DNA of 37,341 nt from Chitinophagaceae bacterium (lineage in GTDB: Bacteria; Bacteroidota; Bacteroidia; Chitinophagales; Chitinophagaceae): the NCBI GenBank assembly GCA_046595095.1, contig JBKJPO010000237.1, forward strand, positions 1 to 37,341. The letters run 5' to 3'. Made by a program: the position numbers and the translations under genes. Positions 8,480 to 18,545 of this stretch are shown one piece after another; positions within the stretch are counted from its first letter, which is position 1, and each line of letters begins with the position of its first letter. The notes below the pieces were generated by a model. That model searched no databases, had not been told where the DNA came from, and saw only the letters and a list, made by a program, of their open reading frames with translations.

Positions 8480-9702
8480 TAATAATGAGCTAGCCATCCC
8501 AGGAAAAGACAGGTTATTACCACATAAGGTGATTTTATCCGTGTAAAAGCAAGCAGGCAAAAGGTTCCCACAATAACGCTAACATTCAACAGGCTAACGG
8601 TTTTCAGGCTAGTGATCGAGATATCCTGGAGGAGGTATAGTGTAGCGGCAAGCATGATACCAACTACAACTGCGTTTATCCCTTCCAGTGCCCGATAAAC
8701 TACTACATACTTTTTAAGGTTGTGCCATACTGGATAGAAAAACAGTACTAGTAAAGCGCTGGGTAAAAAGATAGCAATTGTAGCAATTAGACAACCGAGC
8801 ATTTGCATACCTGGCCCATCCTTTCTCATTACCATCCCTCCAGTAAAAGTAGCAATAGAGAATACCGGACCCGGAATAGCGCGAACCATTCCAGATCCTG
8901 TCAAGAATTCTTCTTTAGTCATGTAATTTGTTTTTTCCCTCACCACATATTGCTCGTACATCATAGGTATCAGAACATCTCCGCCACCAAACACCATGCT
9001 TCCAAACCGATAAAAGTTCTCAAATAAATTATATGCTTTTTTATCCGGCCAATTCTGTTTCCTGGCGGTTTCACTGAAGGCACCCGCAATAATGAAGATC
9101 AAAACGAAGAACCAGATATTTCTCCATTTAATGAGTTTAGGTTTTATTTTCTCTTTATCAGGTATACGCTTATCGCTAAAGTTGGTAACTATGCCGCCGG
9201 CAATAATCAGTACAGGGAATACCCATGGAGTTTGAAACAAAATATAGGTGAATGTCATCGCAAACAACATGATCACCTGCGTAATTTCATTTTTGATTGA
9301 AATCCCAAAAGCTTTATAGGCCGCATAGCCGAGAAAACCAACCGCCATGGGTTGAATAAAAGTGAAAAGATTATTTTTTATTTCATTGCTATCAATGTAA
9401 TGCAGGATGAAGCTCAAGCTTGCCATAAGCAGGCTGGCAGGCAATATCCAAATGACAAGGGTAAATATGCCGAGCACTACTCCGCCGCGTTTATAACCAA
9501 TCAGGGTTAAAGTTTGGGTAGATGATGCGCCCGGCAACATTTGGCAGAACGAAATATATTCCATCAGTTCTTCCCTCGTCAAATCGCGTCTTTTATCCAC
9601 AAAAGTTTTCATCATCATCCCCAAATGCCCTTGCGGACCGCCAAAAGCAGTGATACTATGAAAGAAGACTGACCTTAGAAAAGAAACGTGGCGAAGCAAC
9701 AT
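8470..9702 (-). CDS. chrA: Chromate efflux (CHR family) transporter
   Basis: Two repeated halves with AFGGP / FGGG and LPG / IPGP motifs, many TM segments. Overlaps the nadD 3' end convergently by 10 bp. Confidence 0.9.
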   Translation of the reverse strand: MLLRHVSFLRSVFFHSITAFGGPQGHLGMMMKTFVDKRRDLTREELMEYISFCQMLPGASSTQTLTLIGYKRGGVVLGIFTLVIWILPASLLMASLSFILHYIDSNEIKNNLFTFIQPMAVGFLGYAAYKAFGISIKNEITQVIMLFAMTFTYILFQTPWVFPVLIIAGGIVTNFSDKRIPDKEKIKPKLIKWRNIWFFVLIFIIAGAFSETARKQNWPDKKAYNLFENFYRFGSMVFGGGDVLIPMMYEQYVVREKTNYMTKEEFLTGSGMVRAIPGPVFSIATFTGGMVMRKDGPGMQMLGCLIATIAIFLPSALLVLFFYPVWHNLKKYVVVYRALEGINAVVVGIMLAATLYLLQDISITSLKTVSLLNVSVIVGTFCLLAFTRIKSPYVVITCLFLGWLAHYYHL

Positions 9703-9838
9703 CGATTGAAAATACAAAAAATAATAAAAGCTGTTTCAAAATATGAGGATACTAAAAGCCAGTAAACCTTGATAGTCATCTAATCGCGTGGTACAATCAG
9801 GTCAATAATCAGGGGTACTTTCCGCACGAAATAATTTA

Positions 9839-10783
9839 CTATTTTTTTAAACCGATTTCTCTCAGGCGTTCGTCAAGATACTCTCCTGCAGTCGCATTTT
9901 CATACTGTTTTGGTTGTTCTTCATCAATACAGCTTTCAAGACATGTGAGATCCATTGCCGCTTTTGGATGAAGAAAAAAAGGAATGGAAAATCGGGATGT
10001 GTGCCAGAGTTCGCGTGCAGGATTAACGACGCGGTGTGTTGTACTTCTTAATTTATTATTGGTAAGACGTTGGAGCATATCACCTACGTTTACAACGATC
10101 TGATCAGGTAATGAGGTCACTCCGACCCATTCATCCTGTTTTGTCAGGATTTGTAAACCATCGGCTGATGCACCTACAAGCAGCGTAATGAGGTTAATAT
10201 CTTCGTGTTGTTCTGCACGTATCGCACTGGTAGGCTCAGTGGTGATTGGCGGGTAATGGATGGATCTCAGGATAGAATTTCCGTCCACAACAAATTCATC
10301 AAAATACTTTTCGTTAAGGTTAAGGTACAATGCGATGGCCTGCAGCAGAGCTTTACCTGATTTTTCAAAAGCTCGGTAAGCATCATAAAAAGTTTTATCA
10401 AAATTGGGCACTTCTTTGACCATTACATTATTAGGGTATTCCGGCTTAAGCGGATGGTCTGTAGGAACGGTTTGTCCATATTGAAAAAATTCTTTTAGAT
10501 CCGGAGCCTCACTTCCCTTGGCGTGCTCTGTACCAAAAGAAGTATATCCTCTCTGGCCCGCCATACCTTGTATTTCATACTTTTTCTTATGGTGAGAAGG
10601 AAGAGAAAAGAATTCCTGGACATACCGGTATAAATCTCCTATAAGATCGTCAGGTATGCCATGATTTTTCACTGCAACAAAACCTACTTCTTCATAAGCC
10701 TTGCCTAACTGTTGCACAAAAGCGATCTTCCGTTCCGGATCTCCGCTGGTGAAATCAGAGAGATCTACTACTGGAATTGACAT
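9839..10783 (-). CDS. Isopenicillin N synthase-like 2OG-Fe(II) oxygenase
   Basis: IPVVDL, GFVAVKNHG, HED...H facial triad (QHEDINLITLL, STTHRV), NVGDML and the RxS motif (RFS). Confidence 0.9.
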   Translation of the reverse strand: MSIPVVDLSDFTSGDPERKIAFVQQLGKAYEEVGFVAVKNHGIPDDLIGDLYRYVQEFFSLPSHHKKKYEIQGMAGQRGYTSFGTEHAKGSEAPDLKEFFQYGQTVPTDHPLKPEYPNNVMVKEVPNFDKTFYDAYRAFEKSGKALLQAIALYLNLNEKYFDEFVVDGNSILRSIHYPPITTEPTSAIRAEQHEDINLITLLVGASADGLQILTKQDEWVGVTSLPDQIVVNVGDMLQRLTNNKLRSTTHRVVNPARELWHTSRFSIPFFLHPKAAMDLTCLESCIDEEQPKQYENATAGEYLDERLREIGLKK

Positions 10784-10810
10784 GTGGTATGATTTTATTT
10801 TTATGCTTTG

Positions 10811-10818
10811 CAAATGTA
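10811..10818 (-). promoter_or_regulatory. -7 promoter element for the oxygenase gene
   Basis: Reverse complement TACATTTG. Confidence 0.6.
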
Positions 10819-10850
10819 GATTTGGGAAGGAAGAAATTCAAATAATCCTA

Positions 10851-12290
10851 TCAAAACTCTGCGCTCTTAGGATATCTTGGAAAAGGGATAACATCTCTTA
10901 TATTTCCCATGCCCGTAACAAATTGTACTAATCTTTCAAATCCAAGCCCAAAGCCGGCATGAGGGCAGGAGCCGAATCTCCTGGTATCGAGATACCAGCT
11001 TAAATCTGCAGCCGGTATATTCATTTCGTGCATACGAGCCGTTAGTTTATCATAGCGTTCCTCTCTTTGTGAACCCCCTACGATCTCACCAATTCCCGGC
11101 GCAAGTATGTCCATCGCGGCAACTGTCTTACCATCATCATTGATCCGCATATAAAATGACTTGATGTCTTTGGGATAGTCAGTGAGTATGACCGGTTTTT
11201 TAAAATGTTTTTCGACAAGGTAACGCTCATGCTCGCTTTGCAGATCCACTCCCCATTTGTCAATAGGAAATTGAAATTTCTTTTTCTTATTATGACCGCT
11301 TTCCCGGAGAATTTCTATTGCTTCGGTGTAGGTTAGCCTTTCAAATTCATTAATAATAATGAATTCCAGCTTCTCCAATAACCCCATTTCGTTTCTCTCC
11401 TGTAACGGCTTTTGTTTGTCTTCTTCTTCCTGGCGTAAAGCAAGAAAAGCAAGATCATCACTGCAATTATCCATTGCATACCGGATGATATATTTTATAA
11501 ATTCTTCAGCCAGGTTTGCATTGTCTTCAAGATCTGAAAAAGCCATTTCCGGTTCAATCATCCAGAATTCAGCAAGATGCCTCGTAGTATTTGAATTCTC
11601 CGCACGAAAAGTAGGACCGAATGTATAGATATCACCAAATGCTGTAGCACCCAACTCACCCTCTAATTGTCCGCTTACTGTAAGGTTGGTTGGTCTGCCG
11701 AAAAAATCTTCTTTAAAGTTTATCTCACCCTTGTCATCCCGGGGCGGATTTCCTAATTCAAGGGTGGTTACACGAAACATTTCACCCGCACCCTCGGCAT
11801 CGCTTGCTGTGATAATTGGAGTGTGTAGGTAAACAAAGCCCTTATCATTAAAAAACTTGTGAACTGCGAAAGCCAGGGCATGCCTCACCCGGAATACTGC
11901 CCCAAAAGTATTGGTGCGAAAACGGAGGTGAGCAATCTCCCGCAAAAAATCGAGACTATGCTTTTTCGGTTGAAGGGGGAATTTTTCAGCGTCACTGTCT
12001 CCCAGGATCTCGATCTGACTGGCTTTAAGCTCCACTCTCTGGCCTTTTCCCAGTGAAGACACCAGTGTACCGCTAGCTTTAATGCTTGCCCCTGTGGTAA
12101 TACGTTTTAGCAGGCTTTCTTCCGTATTTGCAAAATCCAGGACCACTTGCAGATTATGGTTTGTACTCCCATCATTCAGCGCGATAAACTGGTTATTTCT
12201 AAAAGTACGCACCCATCCCATAACTATATGATCTCCAGAACCAGGTTCTGTAGCTAAAATTGCTTTTATCCTTGTGCGTTTGTTAAACAT
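10851..12290 (-). CDS. asnS: Asparagine--tRNA ligase
   Basis: GWVRT OB-fold, [36 protein letters not shown] and GFGLGFER motifs. Confidence 0.98.
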   Translation of the reverse strand: MFNKRTRIKAILATEPGSGDHIVMGWVRTFRNNQFIALNDGSTNHNLQVVLDFANTEESLLKRITTGASIKASGTLVSSLGKGQRVELKASQIEILGDSDAEKFPLQPKKHSLDFLREIAHLRFRTNTFGAVFRVRHALAFAVHKFFNDKGFVYLHTPIITASDAEGAGEMFRVTTLELGNPPRDDKGEINFKEDFFGRPTNLTVSGQLEGELGATAFGDIYTFGPTFRAENSNTTRHLAEFWMIEPEMAFSDLEDNANLAEEFIKYIIRYAMDNCSDDLAFLALRQEEEDKQKPLQERNEMGLLEKLEFIIINEFERLTYTEAIEILRESGHNKKKKFQFPIDKWGVDLQSEHERYLVEKHFKKPVILTDYPKDIKSFYMRINDDGKTVAAMDILAPGIGEIVGGSQREERYDKLTARMHEMNIPAADLSWYLDTRRFGSCPHAGFGLGFERLVQFVTGMGNIRDVIPFPRYPKSAEF

Positions 12291-12309
12291 ATGTCTCTAT
12301 TAAACTGCG

Positions 12310-12317
12310 CAAAGATA
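12310..12317 (-). promoter_or_regulatory. -7 promoter element for asnS
   Basis: Reverse complement TATCTTTG. Confidence 0.65.
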
Positions 12318-12539
12318 ATCCAAAGCCTCAAGTATTATCCCCGATTAAGCAGATTGATAGATTCCGGAGAAATGCATCAAATTATATAATATCATCACAG
12401 TGTCTTGGTTTTCAAGAAATTTTTTTTGGTTTTTGAAAATTACCGTATTATTGCAGTAGAAAAAACTGATTGGTTCTCCCAAATTCTCTAACGCTCATCA
12501 GTTTTCTAATACGGATCCAATCCAAATAATATCAAAATC

Positions 12540-12572
12540 AGATTTCACAAACTTTAGATTTCACAACTTTAG
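12540..12572. repeat. Tandem direct repeat in the rho leader
   Basis: AGATTTCACAAACTTT-AGATTTCACAACTTT-AG (16 and 15 bp units). Confidence 0.8.
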
Positions 12573-12604
12573 GCAGGTTTTGAGGTTAATCTACAAGACT
12601 TTTT

Positions 12605-14296
12605 ATGTACGACATTTTACAATTGAACGATTTGCTCGTTCCTGAGTTGCTCGATATTGCAGCCGAACTCGAAATTCTCAATCCTAAAAAAAACGATAAA
12701 CAGGAGTTGATTAATAAGATCCTGGATAAACAAGCAACAATGAATAGCGCAGAAAAAAATAATGACGCTGATAAACCGAAGCGCAAGCGCATGGTAAAAG
12801 CAGCTACTCCCAGTACAACTGAAGTGGAAGAAGTAATTGAAGAAAAACCTAAAGCTGAGGTGAAAATTAAGAAACCCGAACTTGTGGCCGCGGTGGAAAA
12901 GAAGCGCCCGGTTAAAAAAATCCAGGTAGAAACTGCCCCGGAGAATAGCCAGCCTTTAGAAGAAGAAGAAGAAGATGAGGAAGAAGAAGCTCCCCAAAGG
13001 CAGCAAAAGGAAGTAAGGCATCATAATAAAGAGATCAAAGATCATGTGTCAATAGCACCCGCGTTGGTTGAATTACTTAATGATGACCTTCCTCAAGGTC
13101 CGGAAAATGCGGGTAATGATGGTCCACCTGTTCAGCAAAGGAATTATCCCCCACGCAGAGAACAGGCATTTAACATAGAATTTGATGGTGTAATCCTCGG
13201 AGAAGGGGTTCTGGAAATGATGCCTGATGGATATGGTTTTTTACGCAGCAGTGATTACAACTATCTCTCATCCCCGGATGATATTTATGTATCGCCATCA
13301 CAGATCAAATTATTTGGATTGAAAACGGGCGATACGGTCTATGGATCAGTTCGTCCACCAAAAGAAGGTGAAAAATATTTTGCATTATTAAAGGTTGAAA
13401 CAATAAATGGCAAGGGTCCTGAAGAGGTTCGCGATCGGGTACCCTTCGATTATCTTACTCCCTTGTTTCCTTTCGAAAAATTGAATCTTTTTACCGAAGC
13501 AAGTAACATGTCGACAAGGATCATGGACCTGTTTACTCCTATCGGTAAAGGACAGCGTGGCTTAATTGTTGCCCAACCAAAAACCGGTAAGACGATGTTG
13601 CTGAAAGAAGTTGCCAACGCAATTGCAGCAAATCACCCGGAATGTTATTTAATGATCGTACTGGTTGATGAGCGCCCGGAAGAAGTAACAGATATGGAAA
13701 GGAGCGTAAGGGCTGAGGTTATCGCATCTACTTTTGATGAGCCAGCAGAGAAGCATGTAAAAGTAAGCACAATGGCACTTCAAAAAGCCAAACGCCTGGT
13801 AGAATGCGGACACGACGTAGTGATTCTCCTGGACAGTATAACAAGGTTAGCACGGGCCCATAATACTGTGGCTCCGGCAAGTGGAAAGGTGTTGTCTGGA
13901 GGTGTGGAAGCAAATGCGATGCAGAAACCTAAACAGTTTTTTGGAGCGGCACGGAAGATTGAACATGGTGGTTCGCTTACTATTCTAGCAACAGCCCTGG
14001 TTGATACCGGAAGTAAAATGGATGAGGTGATCTTTGAAGAATTCAAAGGTACGGGCAATATGGAATTACAACTCGACAGGCGCCTGGCAAACCGCAGGAT
14101 ATTCCCTGCCATTGATATTGTGGCATCTTCAACAAGAAGAGATGATTTGCTGCTTGATAAAGATATCCTGCATCGTATGTGGGTGTTGAGAAATCATATC
14201 GCTGATATGAACACAGAAGAAGCGATGAATATGCTTATGAAAAATATGAGGGGTACAAAGGACAACTATGAGTTCCTTACCTCAATGAACGGATGA
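12605..14296 (+). CDS. rho: Transcription termination factor Rho with a long N-terminal insertion
   Basis: [30 protein letters not shown]-loop [16 protein letters not shown] and FKGTGNME motifs; roughly 140-aa charged low-complexity insert. Confidence 0.98.
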   Translation: MYDILQLNDLLVPELLDIAAELEILNPKKNDKQELINKILDKQATMNSAEKNNDADKPKRKRMVKAATPSTTEVEEVIEEKPKAEVKIKKPELVAAVEKKRPVKKIQVETAPENSQPLEEEEEDEEEEAPQRQQKEVRHHNKEIKDHVSIAPALVELLNDDLPQGPENAGNDGPPVQQRNYPPRREQAFNIEFDGVILGEGVLEMMPDGYGFLRSSDYNYLSSPDDIYVSPSQIKLFGLKTGDTVYGSVRPPKEGEKYFALLKVETINGKGPEEVRDRVPFDYLTPLFPFEKLNLFTEASNMSTRIMDLFTPIGKGQRGLIVAQPKTGKTMLLKEVANAIAANHPECYLMIVLVDERPEEVTDMERSVRAEVIASTFDEPAEKHVKVSTMALQKAKRLVECGHDVVILLDSITRLARAHNTVAPASGKVLSGGVEANAMQKPKQFFGAARKIEHGGSLTILATALVDTGSKMDEVIFEEFKGTGNMELQLDRRLANRRIFPAIDIVASSTRRDDLLLDKDILHRMWVLRNHIADMNTEEAMNMLMKNMRGTKDNYEFLTSMNG

Positions 14297-14322
14297 CCAT
14301 GTATAACCTTAAAAAATATAAA

Positions 14323-14601
14323 ATGAAAAAAGCCTTTTTAAATTTTGCAATTGTTTCAGCAGTATTATTTTCAGCATGCACTGATGGATCTGATACATCT
14401 AAATCGAGCACAGAGACGAAAACTGATAATACCCAGGTTGATGTAAAAACTACTACTCCTCCGGCGGATACCCGCAAAACAACGGAAGTAAGTGTGGGCA
14501 AAGATGGAGCAGGAGTAAAGCATAAAACAACTGATGTAAATGTAAATAAAGAGGGTGTAAAAGTGGGTACAAAAGATGTAAATGTTGAGATCAGGAAATA
14601 G
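14323..14601 (+). CDS. Small lipoprotein, Thr/Val/Lys-rich, with internal repeats
   Basis: MKKAFLNFAIVSAVLFSAC lipobox; followed by a terminator. Confidence 0.8.
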   Translation: MKKAFLNFAIVSAVLFSACTDGSDTSKSSTETKTDNTQVDVKTTTPPADTRKTTEVSVGKDGAGVKHKTTDVNVNKEGVKVGTKDVNVEIRK

Positions 14602-14620
14602 AATTTATTTTAAAAAAATT

Positions 14621-14653
14621 AAAGCCATCCTGTTTTTCCAGGGTGGCTTTTTT
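14621..14653 (+). terminator. Intrinsic terminator
   Basis: AAAGCCATCCTG-loop-CAGGGTGGCTTT followed by a T-tract. Confidence 0.85.
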
Positions 14654-14680
14654 ATGATATTCTAAAAGCACTTCATTAAC

Positions 14681-14688
14681 TATTTTTG
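14681..14688 (+). promoter_or_regulatory. -7 promoter element for mnmH-selD
   Basis: TATTTTTG, implying an almost leaderless transcript to ATG 14695. Confidence 0.6.
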
Positions 14689-14694
14689 CCGGTA

Positions 14695-15765
14695 ATGCCA
14701 GTTAAAAAAATTGATATAGCAGAGTTTATTACATTGGCTCAAGAGAAGCCTGTAATCGATGTACGAAGCCCTGGTGAATTTGTGCATGGCCAATTTCCGG
14801 GGGCAGTTAGCCTACCTTTATTTTCAGATGAAGAAAGAAAAATAATAGGAACTGCATACAAACAGCAGAGAAGAGAAATAGCAATTAAATTGGGTCTTGA
14901 TTTTTTTGGGCCTAAGATGAGAAACATTGTTGAAGAAGCCGAAGTAATTGCAAAATCCATGGAACAGGATAACCGTACTATCCTTGTAACTTGCTGGCGC
15001 GGAGGCATGCGCAGCGGTGCTATTGCCTGGCTGCTGGACCTCTATGGGTTAGAAATTTACCAGTTGACAGGCGGCTACAAGGCATACAGGCGATGGGTAT
15101 TAAATCAATTTGATAAAAAATATTCTTTCAGAATTCTTGGAGGATATACCGGGTCAGGAAAAACCAGGGTGCTGGATGAGCTTCAGCGTTTAGGCCAAAA
15201 CGTTATCGATCTTGAAGGGCTTGCCAATCATAAGGGTTCGGCTTTTGGCGCCCTGGGTGAAAAAGCCCAGCCCAGCCAGGAAATGTTTGAAAATTTACTT
15301 GCATTAAATCTTGAGCGGAATTATTTGAACCAGGATGCGGCATGGGTGGAAGATGAAAGTCAAAGAATTGGCCAGGTGATGATACCGGGAAATATCTGGG
15401 AACAAATGAGATCGAGTTCTATATATTTCCTGGATATTGGATTTGAACAACGGTTGTCTTACCTGGTAGATAGTTATGGTAAATATTCGCAGGAACAACT
15501 CATTAATTCAATTGTACGAATAAGTAAGCGTTTGGGCGGACTGGAAACAAAGAATGCGGTGAATTATTTGATTGAAAAAGATATCTCGAACTGCTTCAGG
15601 ATTCTGCTAAATTATTATGACAAACTCTATACAAAAGGTTTGCACAATCGCCTGGAACTTTCTTCTCTTTTGACGAAGATAAATTGTGAAACCGTTGATG
15701 CGTTTACAAATACCCCCAACCTTCTTAAAAAAATATCAGAACCCATTTATGGAAACAACAGATGA
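14695..15765 (+). CDS. mnmH: tRNA 2-selenouridine(34) synthase MnmH (SelU/YbbB)
   Basis: Rhodanese domain DVRSPGEF...CWRGGMRS, P-loop GYTGSGKT, DLEGLANHKGSAFG, VEDES; adjacent to selD. Confidence 0.96.
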   Translation: MPVKKIDIAEFITLAQEKPVIDVRSPGEFVHGQFPGAVSLPLFSDEERKIIGTAYKQQRREIAIKLGLDFFGPKMRNIVEEAEVIAKSMEQDNRTILVTCWRGGMRSGAIAWLLDLYGLEIYQLTGGYKAYRRWVLNQFDKKYSFRILGGYTGSGKTRVLDELQRLGQNVIDLEGLANHKGSAFGALGEKAQPSQEMFENLLALNLERNYLNQDAAWVEDESQRIGQVMIPGNIWEQMRSSSIYFLDIGFEQRLSYLVDSYGKYSQEQLINSIVRISKRLGGLETKNAVNYLIEKDISNCFRILLNYYDKLYTKGLHNRLELSSLLTKINCETVDAFTNTPNLLKKISEPIYGNNR

Positions 15766-16807
15766 AATACGCCTGACTCAATATTCACGAGGTGCAGGAT
15801 GTGGTTGTAAGATTGCACCAAAACTACTGCAGGAAATTTTAAGCTCCGATAAACCATTTGTGAAGTTTCAAAACCTGCTGGTTGGTAATAATAGTCTGGA
15901 TGATGCGGCAGTGTATGATGCAGGAAATGGTACCGGGATAATCTCAACTACAGATTTTTTTATGCCAATCGTGGATTCAGCATTTGATTTTGGCAGGATC
16001 GCCAGCGCTAATGCTATCAGTGATGTGTATGCGATGGGTGGCAAACCTTTAATGGCCATTGCAATTCTCGGATGGCCGGTTGAAAAACTGCCTTCTTCCT
16101 TAGCACAACAGGTTTTAGAAGGCAGCAGGCAAATTTGCGAAGAAGCAGGAATCCCACTTGCCGGCGGGCATAGTATTGATTCAACCGAACCTATATTTGG
16201 GCTAGCCGTAACCGGTACTATTAAATTAACAAATCTCAAAAAGAATAATACAGCCCAGGACGGAGACCTCATTTTTATTACAAAGCCAATTGGTGTTGGG
16301 ATATTATCAACTGCGCAGAAACGTGGCCTGATAAAAAATGAACATGCTATTGACATGATCCACCAGATGTCGGCATTAAATAAGGTTGGTGAAGTATTGG
16401 GGCAAATTCCAGGTGTACATGCTATGACTGATGTAACAGGTTTTGGTATCCTGGGCCATCTCATGGAAATGGCAGAGGGAGCAGGCCTTTCAGCTGAACT
16501 TTATTACCAGGACTTGCCTGTTGTTGACGGGGCGAGGGAATACCTGGCGCAACGTATAGTACCAGATGCAACATATAGGAATTGGAACAGTTATAGTGCA
16601 AAAGTTAGTTTTGAAAAAGGCGTAAACGTAATGGAAGCATTTAGCCTGTTACCAGATCCACAAACTAACGGAGGATTGTTGATAGCGGTTTCTCCAAAAG
16701 ACGTAGCAGGAGTGATGAACGCTTTTGAGAAGTTTGGAATCGTTTATTCAAAACCGGTGGGCCGCTTTGTGAAGCAGGAAGAAAAGTTGATTCATGTTAA
16801 ACAATAA
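15749..16807 (+). CDS. selD: Selenide, water dikinase SelD (Cys form)
   Basis: RLTQYSRGAGCGCKI, DDAAVY, TTDFFMP, GGHSI, MTDVTGFG and DPQTNGGLL motifs; 17-bp overlap with mnmH. Confidence 0.97.
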   Translation: METTDEIRLTQYSRGAGCGCKIAPKLLQEILSSDKPFVKFQNLLVGNNSLDDAAVYDAGNGTGIISTTDFFMPIVDSAFDFGRIASANAISDVYAMGGKPLMAIAILGWPVEKLPSSLAQQVLEGSRQICEEAGIPLAGGHSIDSTEPIFGLAVTGTIKLTNLKKNNTAQDGDLIFITKPIGVGILSTAQKRGLIKNEHAIDMIHQMSALNKVGEVLGQIPGVHAMTDVTGFGILGHLMEMAEGAGLSAELYYQDLPVVDGAREYLAQRIVPDATYRNWNSYSAKVSFEKGVNVMEAFSLLPDPQTNGGLLIAVSPKDVAGVMNAFEKFGIVYSKPVGRFVKQEEKLIHVKQ

Positions 16808-16913
16808 AGTCTTAGGTCTCCAGTCTTTGATTTAGGTCAAAATTATTATTTTGCGGATAACTATATTCTACAATCAAAAACAGATAATTCTCCACTATCA
16901 ACTGTCAATTGCT

Positions 16914-17924
16914 TTATAGTCCGTACTGAGCGCTAATCTCAAGCATTCTCTCTATCGGTTTTTTGGCAGCTATCCTTATAGATTCCTCCATTTTTATTTC
17001 TGGAACTTCATACTCCATGCAGAGATACAACTTCTCAAGGGTATTAAGCTTCATATGCGGGCAATCATTGCAGGCACAGCTGTTATTGGGCGGAGCAGGA
17101 ATAAAAGTCTTGTTCGGGGAAGATTTTTGCATTTGGTGCAGTATACCTGTTTCTGTTACTACAATAAATTCATTTGCCTCACTCTCTTTGGAATATTTCA
17201 ATAAGCCTGTGGTACTTCCTATAAAATCTGCTACCCTCAACACTGGTTCTTCGCATTCAGGGTGTGCTATAACTTTAGCATTGGGATGGCGAATCTTTAA
17301 TTTAGTTATTTTCTCAAGGCTGAATATCTCGTGTACCATACATGCGCCGTTCCAAAGAATCATATCGCGACCGGTTTTTTTTACCAGGTACGCACCCAGG
17401 TTTTTATCCGGGGCAAAAATTATTTTCTGATCCTTGGGCAAGCTTTCAATTATTTTTTGCGCATTAGATGAAGTGCAGATTATATCACTTAAAGCCTTCA
17501 TACCTGCCGAGCAATTAATGTAAGTTATAACGATATGGTCGGGATATTTATCTTTAAATTTTTTAAATAAAGCAGGAGGGGCTGAATCGCTAAGGGAGCA
17601 CCCGGCATTGAGGTCTGGTAATAAAACTTTTTTTGAGGGGTTGAGTATTTTAGCCGTCTCAGCCATAAAGTGAACGCCTGCAAAGACGATAATATCTGCA
17701 TCTGTGTTCTGTGCTTTTTGTGCCAATCCCAGGCTATCCCCGATAAAATCTGCCACATCCTGTATATCGGGTTCCTGGTAATAGTGAGCGAGGATGATTG
17801 CATTTTTTTCTTTTTTAAGTCTTTCTATTTCGGCGAATAGGTCCAAGTTAACATCAATATCAATATCGAGAAAACCTTTTTTTTCAATTTGCGAAAGAGC
17901 AGCAGGAATGTTTATATCTGCCAT
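16914..17924 (-). CDS. nadA: Quinolinate synthase NadA
   Basis: ILAHYYQ, GDSL, GVHFMAE and three Fe-S Cys motifs (GCSL, CMVH, CPHM), plus AHPEC. Start at ATG 17924. Confidence 0.97.
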   Translation of the reverse strand: MADINIPAALSQIEKKGFLDIDIDVNLDLFAEIERLKKEKNAIILAHYYQEPDIQDVADFIGDSLGLAQKAQNTDADIIVFAGVHFMAETAKILNPSKKVLLPDLNAGCSLSDSAPPALFKKFKDKYPDHIVITYINCSAGMKALSDIICTSSNAQKIIESLPKDQKIIFAPDKNLGAYLVKKTGRDMILWNGACMVHEIFSLEKITKLKIRHPNAKVIAHPECEEPVLRVADFIGSTTGLLKYSKESEANEFIVVTETGILHQMQKSSPNKTFIPAPPNNSCACNDCPHMKLNTLEKLYLCMEYEVPEIKMEESIRIAAKKPIERMLEISAQYGL

Positions 17925-17960
17925 AGTATTTAGTATTAATACATTATTTATATAAAGGTC

Positions 17961-17992
17961 TATTACTATTAGGGCTGTGGATTTGTGGAAAC
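17961..17992 (-). promoter_or_regulatory. Basal unwinding module: tandem DnaA boxes, GC spacer, DnaA-trios
   Basis: Minus strand reads GTTTCCACA-AATCCACA-GCC-CTA ATA GTA ATA, then an AT-rich tract at 17925-17957. Confidence 0.75.
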
Positions 17993-18011
17993 ATAAATAA
18001 AATCCTATTTG

Positions 18012-18019
18012 CAAAAGTA
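18012..18019 (-). promoter_or_regulatory. -7 promoter element, probably for nadA
   Basis: Reverse complement TACTTTTG. Confidence 0.5.
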
Positions 18020-18504
18020 ATTTATCCTGCTTATCCACCTTCATTAACAAATAATCCACAAGACTATAACCTCTGTCAATATTAATATGGAATGCTTGTT
18101 AACATCTGTCAACTAAAAAGTAGGGGGAAAATAAAAAATGTAAAAAAAAATAAAATGTTGTGAATTGACCACCGGTAAAATGTTACTTACTTTCATAAAG
18201 ATTTTAAAACGGCAGAACTTGCCTTAGTTATCCTTTTCTCTTCACAAACCATAATTGGATAAAGGGCGCTTTTCAACAGGTTTTATAATTTATCCCCACG
18301 TCCTGTTGATAAGGCAATTTGACCTATTTTCTATCTTTTCCGGGTTATAATTTTCTGGCGTCTTTACTTTTTTCATCAATAATCAAAATAAAAGGAAGTT
18401 CAATTGCAGGACAAAAAGTAAAAGACTCTATATTTTTTCACAAACCCTTGCTACTCTTATTCTACAAAGCTTTATCCACAGCTTGTTCATATGTTTATTT
18501 AGCC

Positions 18505-18512
18505 TATTTTTG
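18505..18512 (+). promoter_or_regulatory. -7 promoter element for the PPIase gene
   Basis: TATTTTTG, 34 nt before ATG 18546. Confidence 0.65.
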
Positions 18513-18545
18513 CCACCATTTTAAAAATTAAGTAACAGGATCTTT

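Larger units (their letters stand above)
17925..18545. other. Candidate chromosomal replication origin (oriC)
   Basis: About 620-bp AT-rich intergenic region. DnaA boxes: TTATCCACA 18472-18480 (perfect), TTTTTCACA 18434-18442, TTATCCACC 18031-18039, TAATCCACA 18052-18060, TTATCCCCA 18290-18298, TGTTGATAA 18304-18312. Overlapping box pair 17976-17992 followed by a GC spacer, trios and an AT tract. parS about 11 kb away. Confidence 0.85.

Noticed and set aside
8470-9702. chrA, ArsR and the arsenosugar-type genes as one metal-resistance island
   Set aside because: They are scattered over 30 kb among core genes, with no mobility genes or boundaries; no arsB/acr3/arsC is present.
15790-15815. Possible selenocysteine (TGA) recoding in selD
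   Set aside because: The active-site codons are TGT-GGT-TGT-AAG; there is no in-frame TGA.
17925-18059. 45-codon N-terminal extension of nadA in the ORF track
   Set aside because: It runs through the DnaA boxes, trios and a -7 promoter element; ATG 17924 gives a normal-length NadA.
18319-18531. 70-aa ORF inside the origin region
   Set aside because: TTG start, low-complexity F/L/S content, overlaps DnaA boxes and the ppiD promoter.
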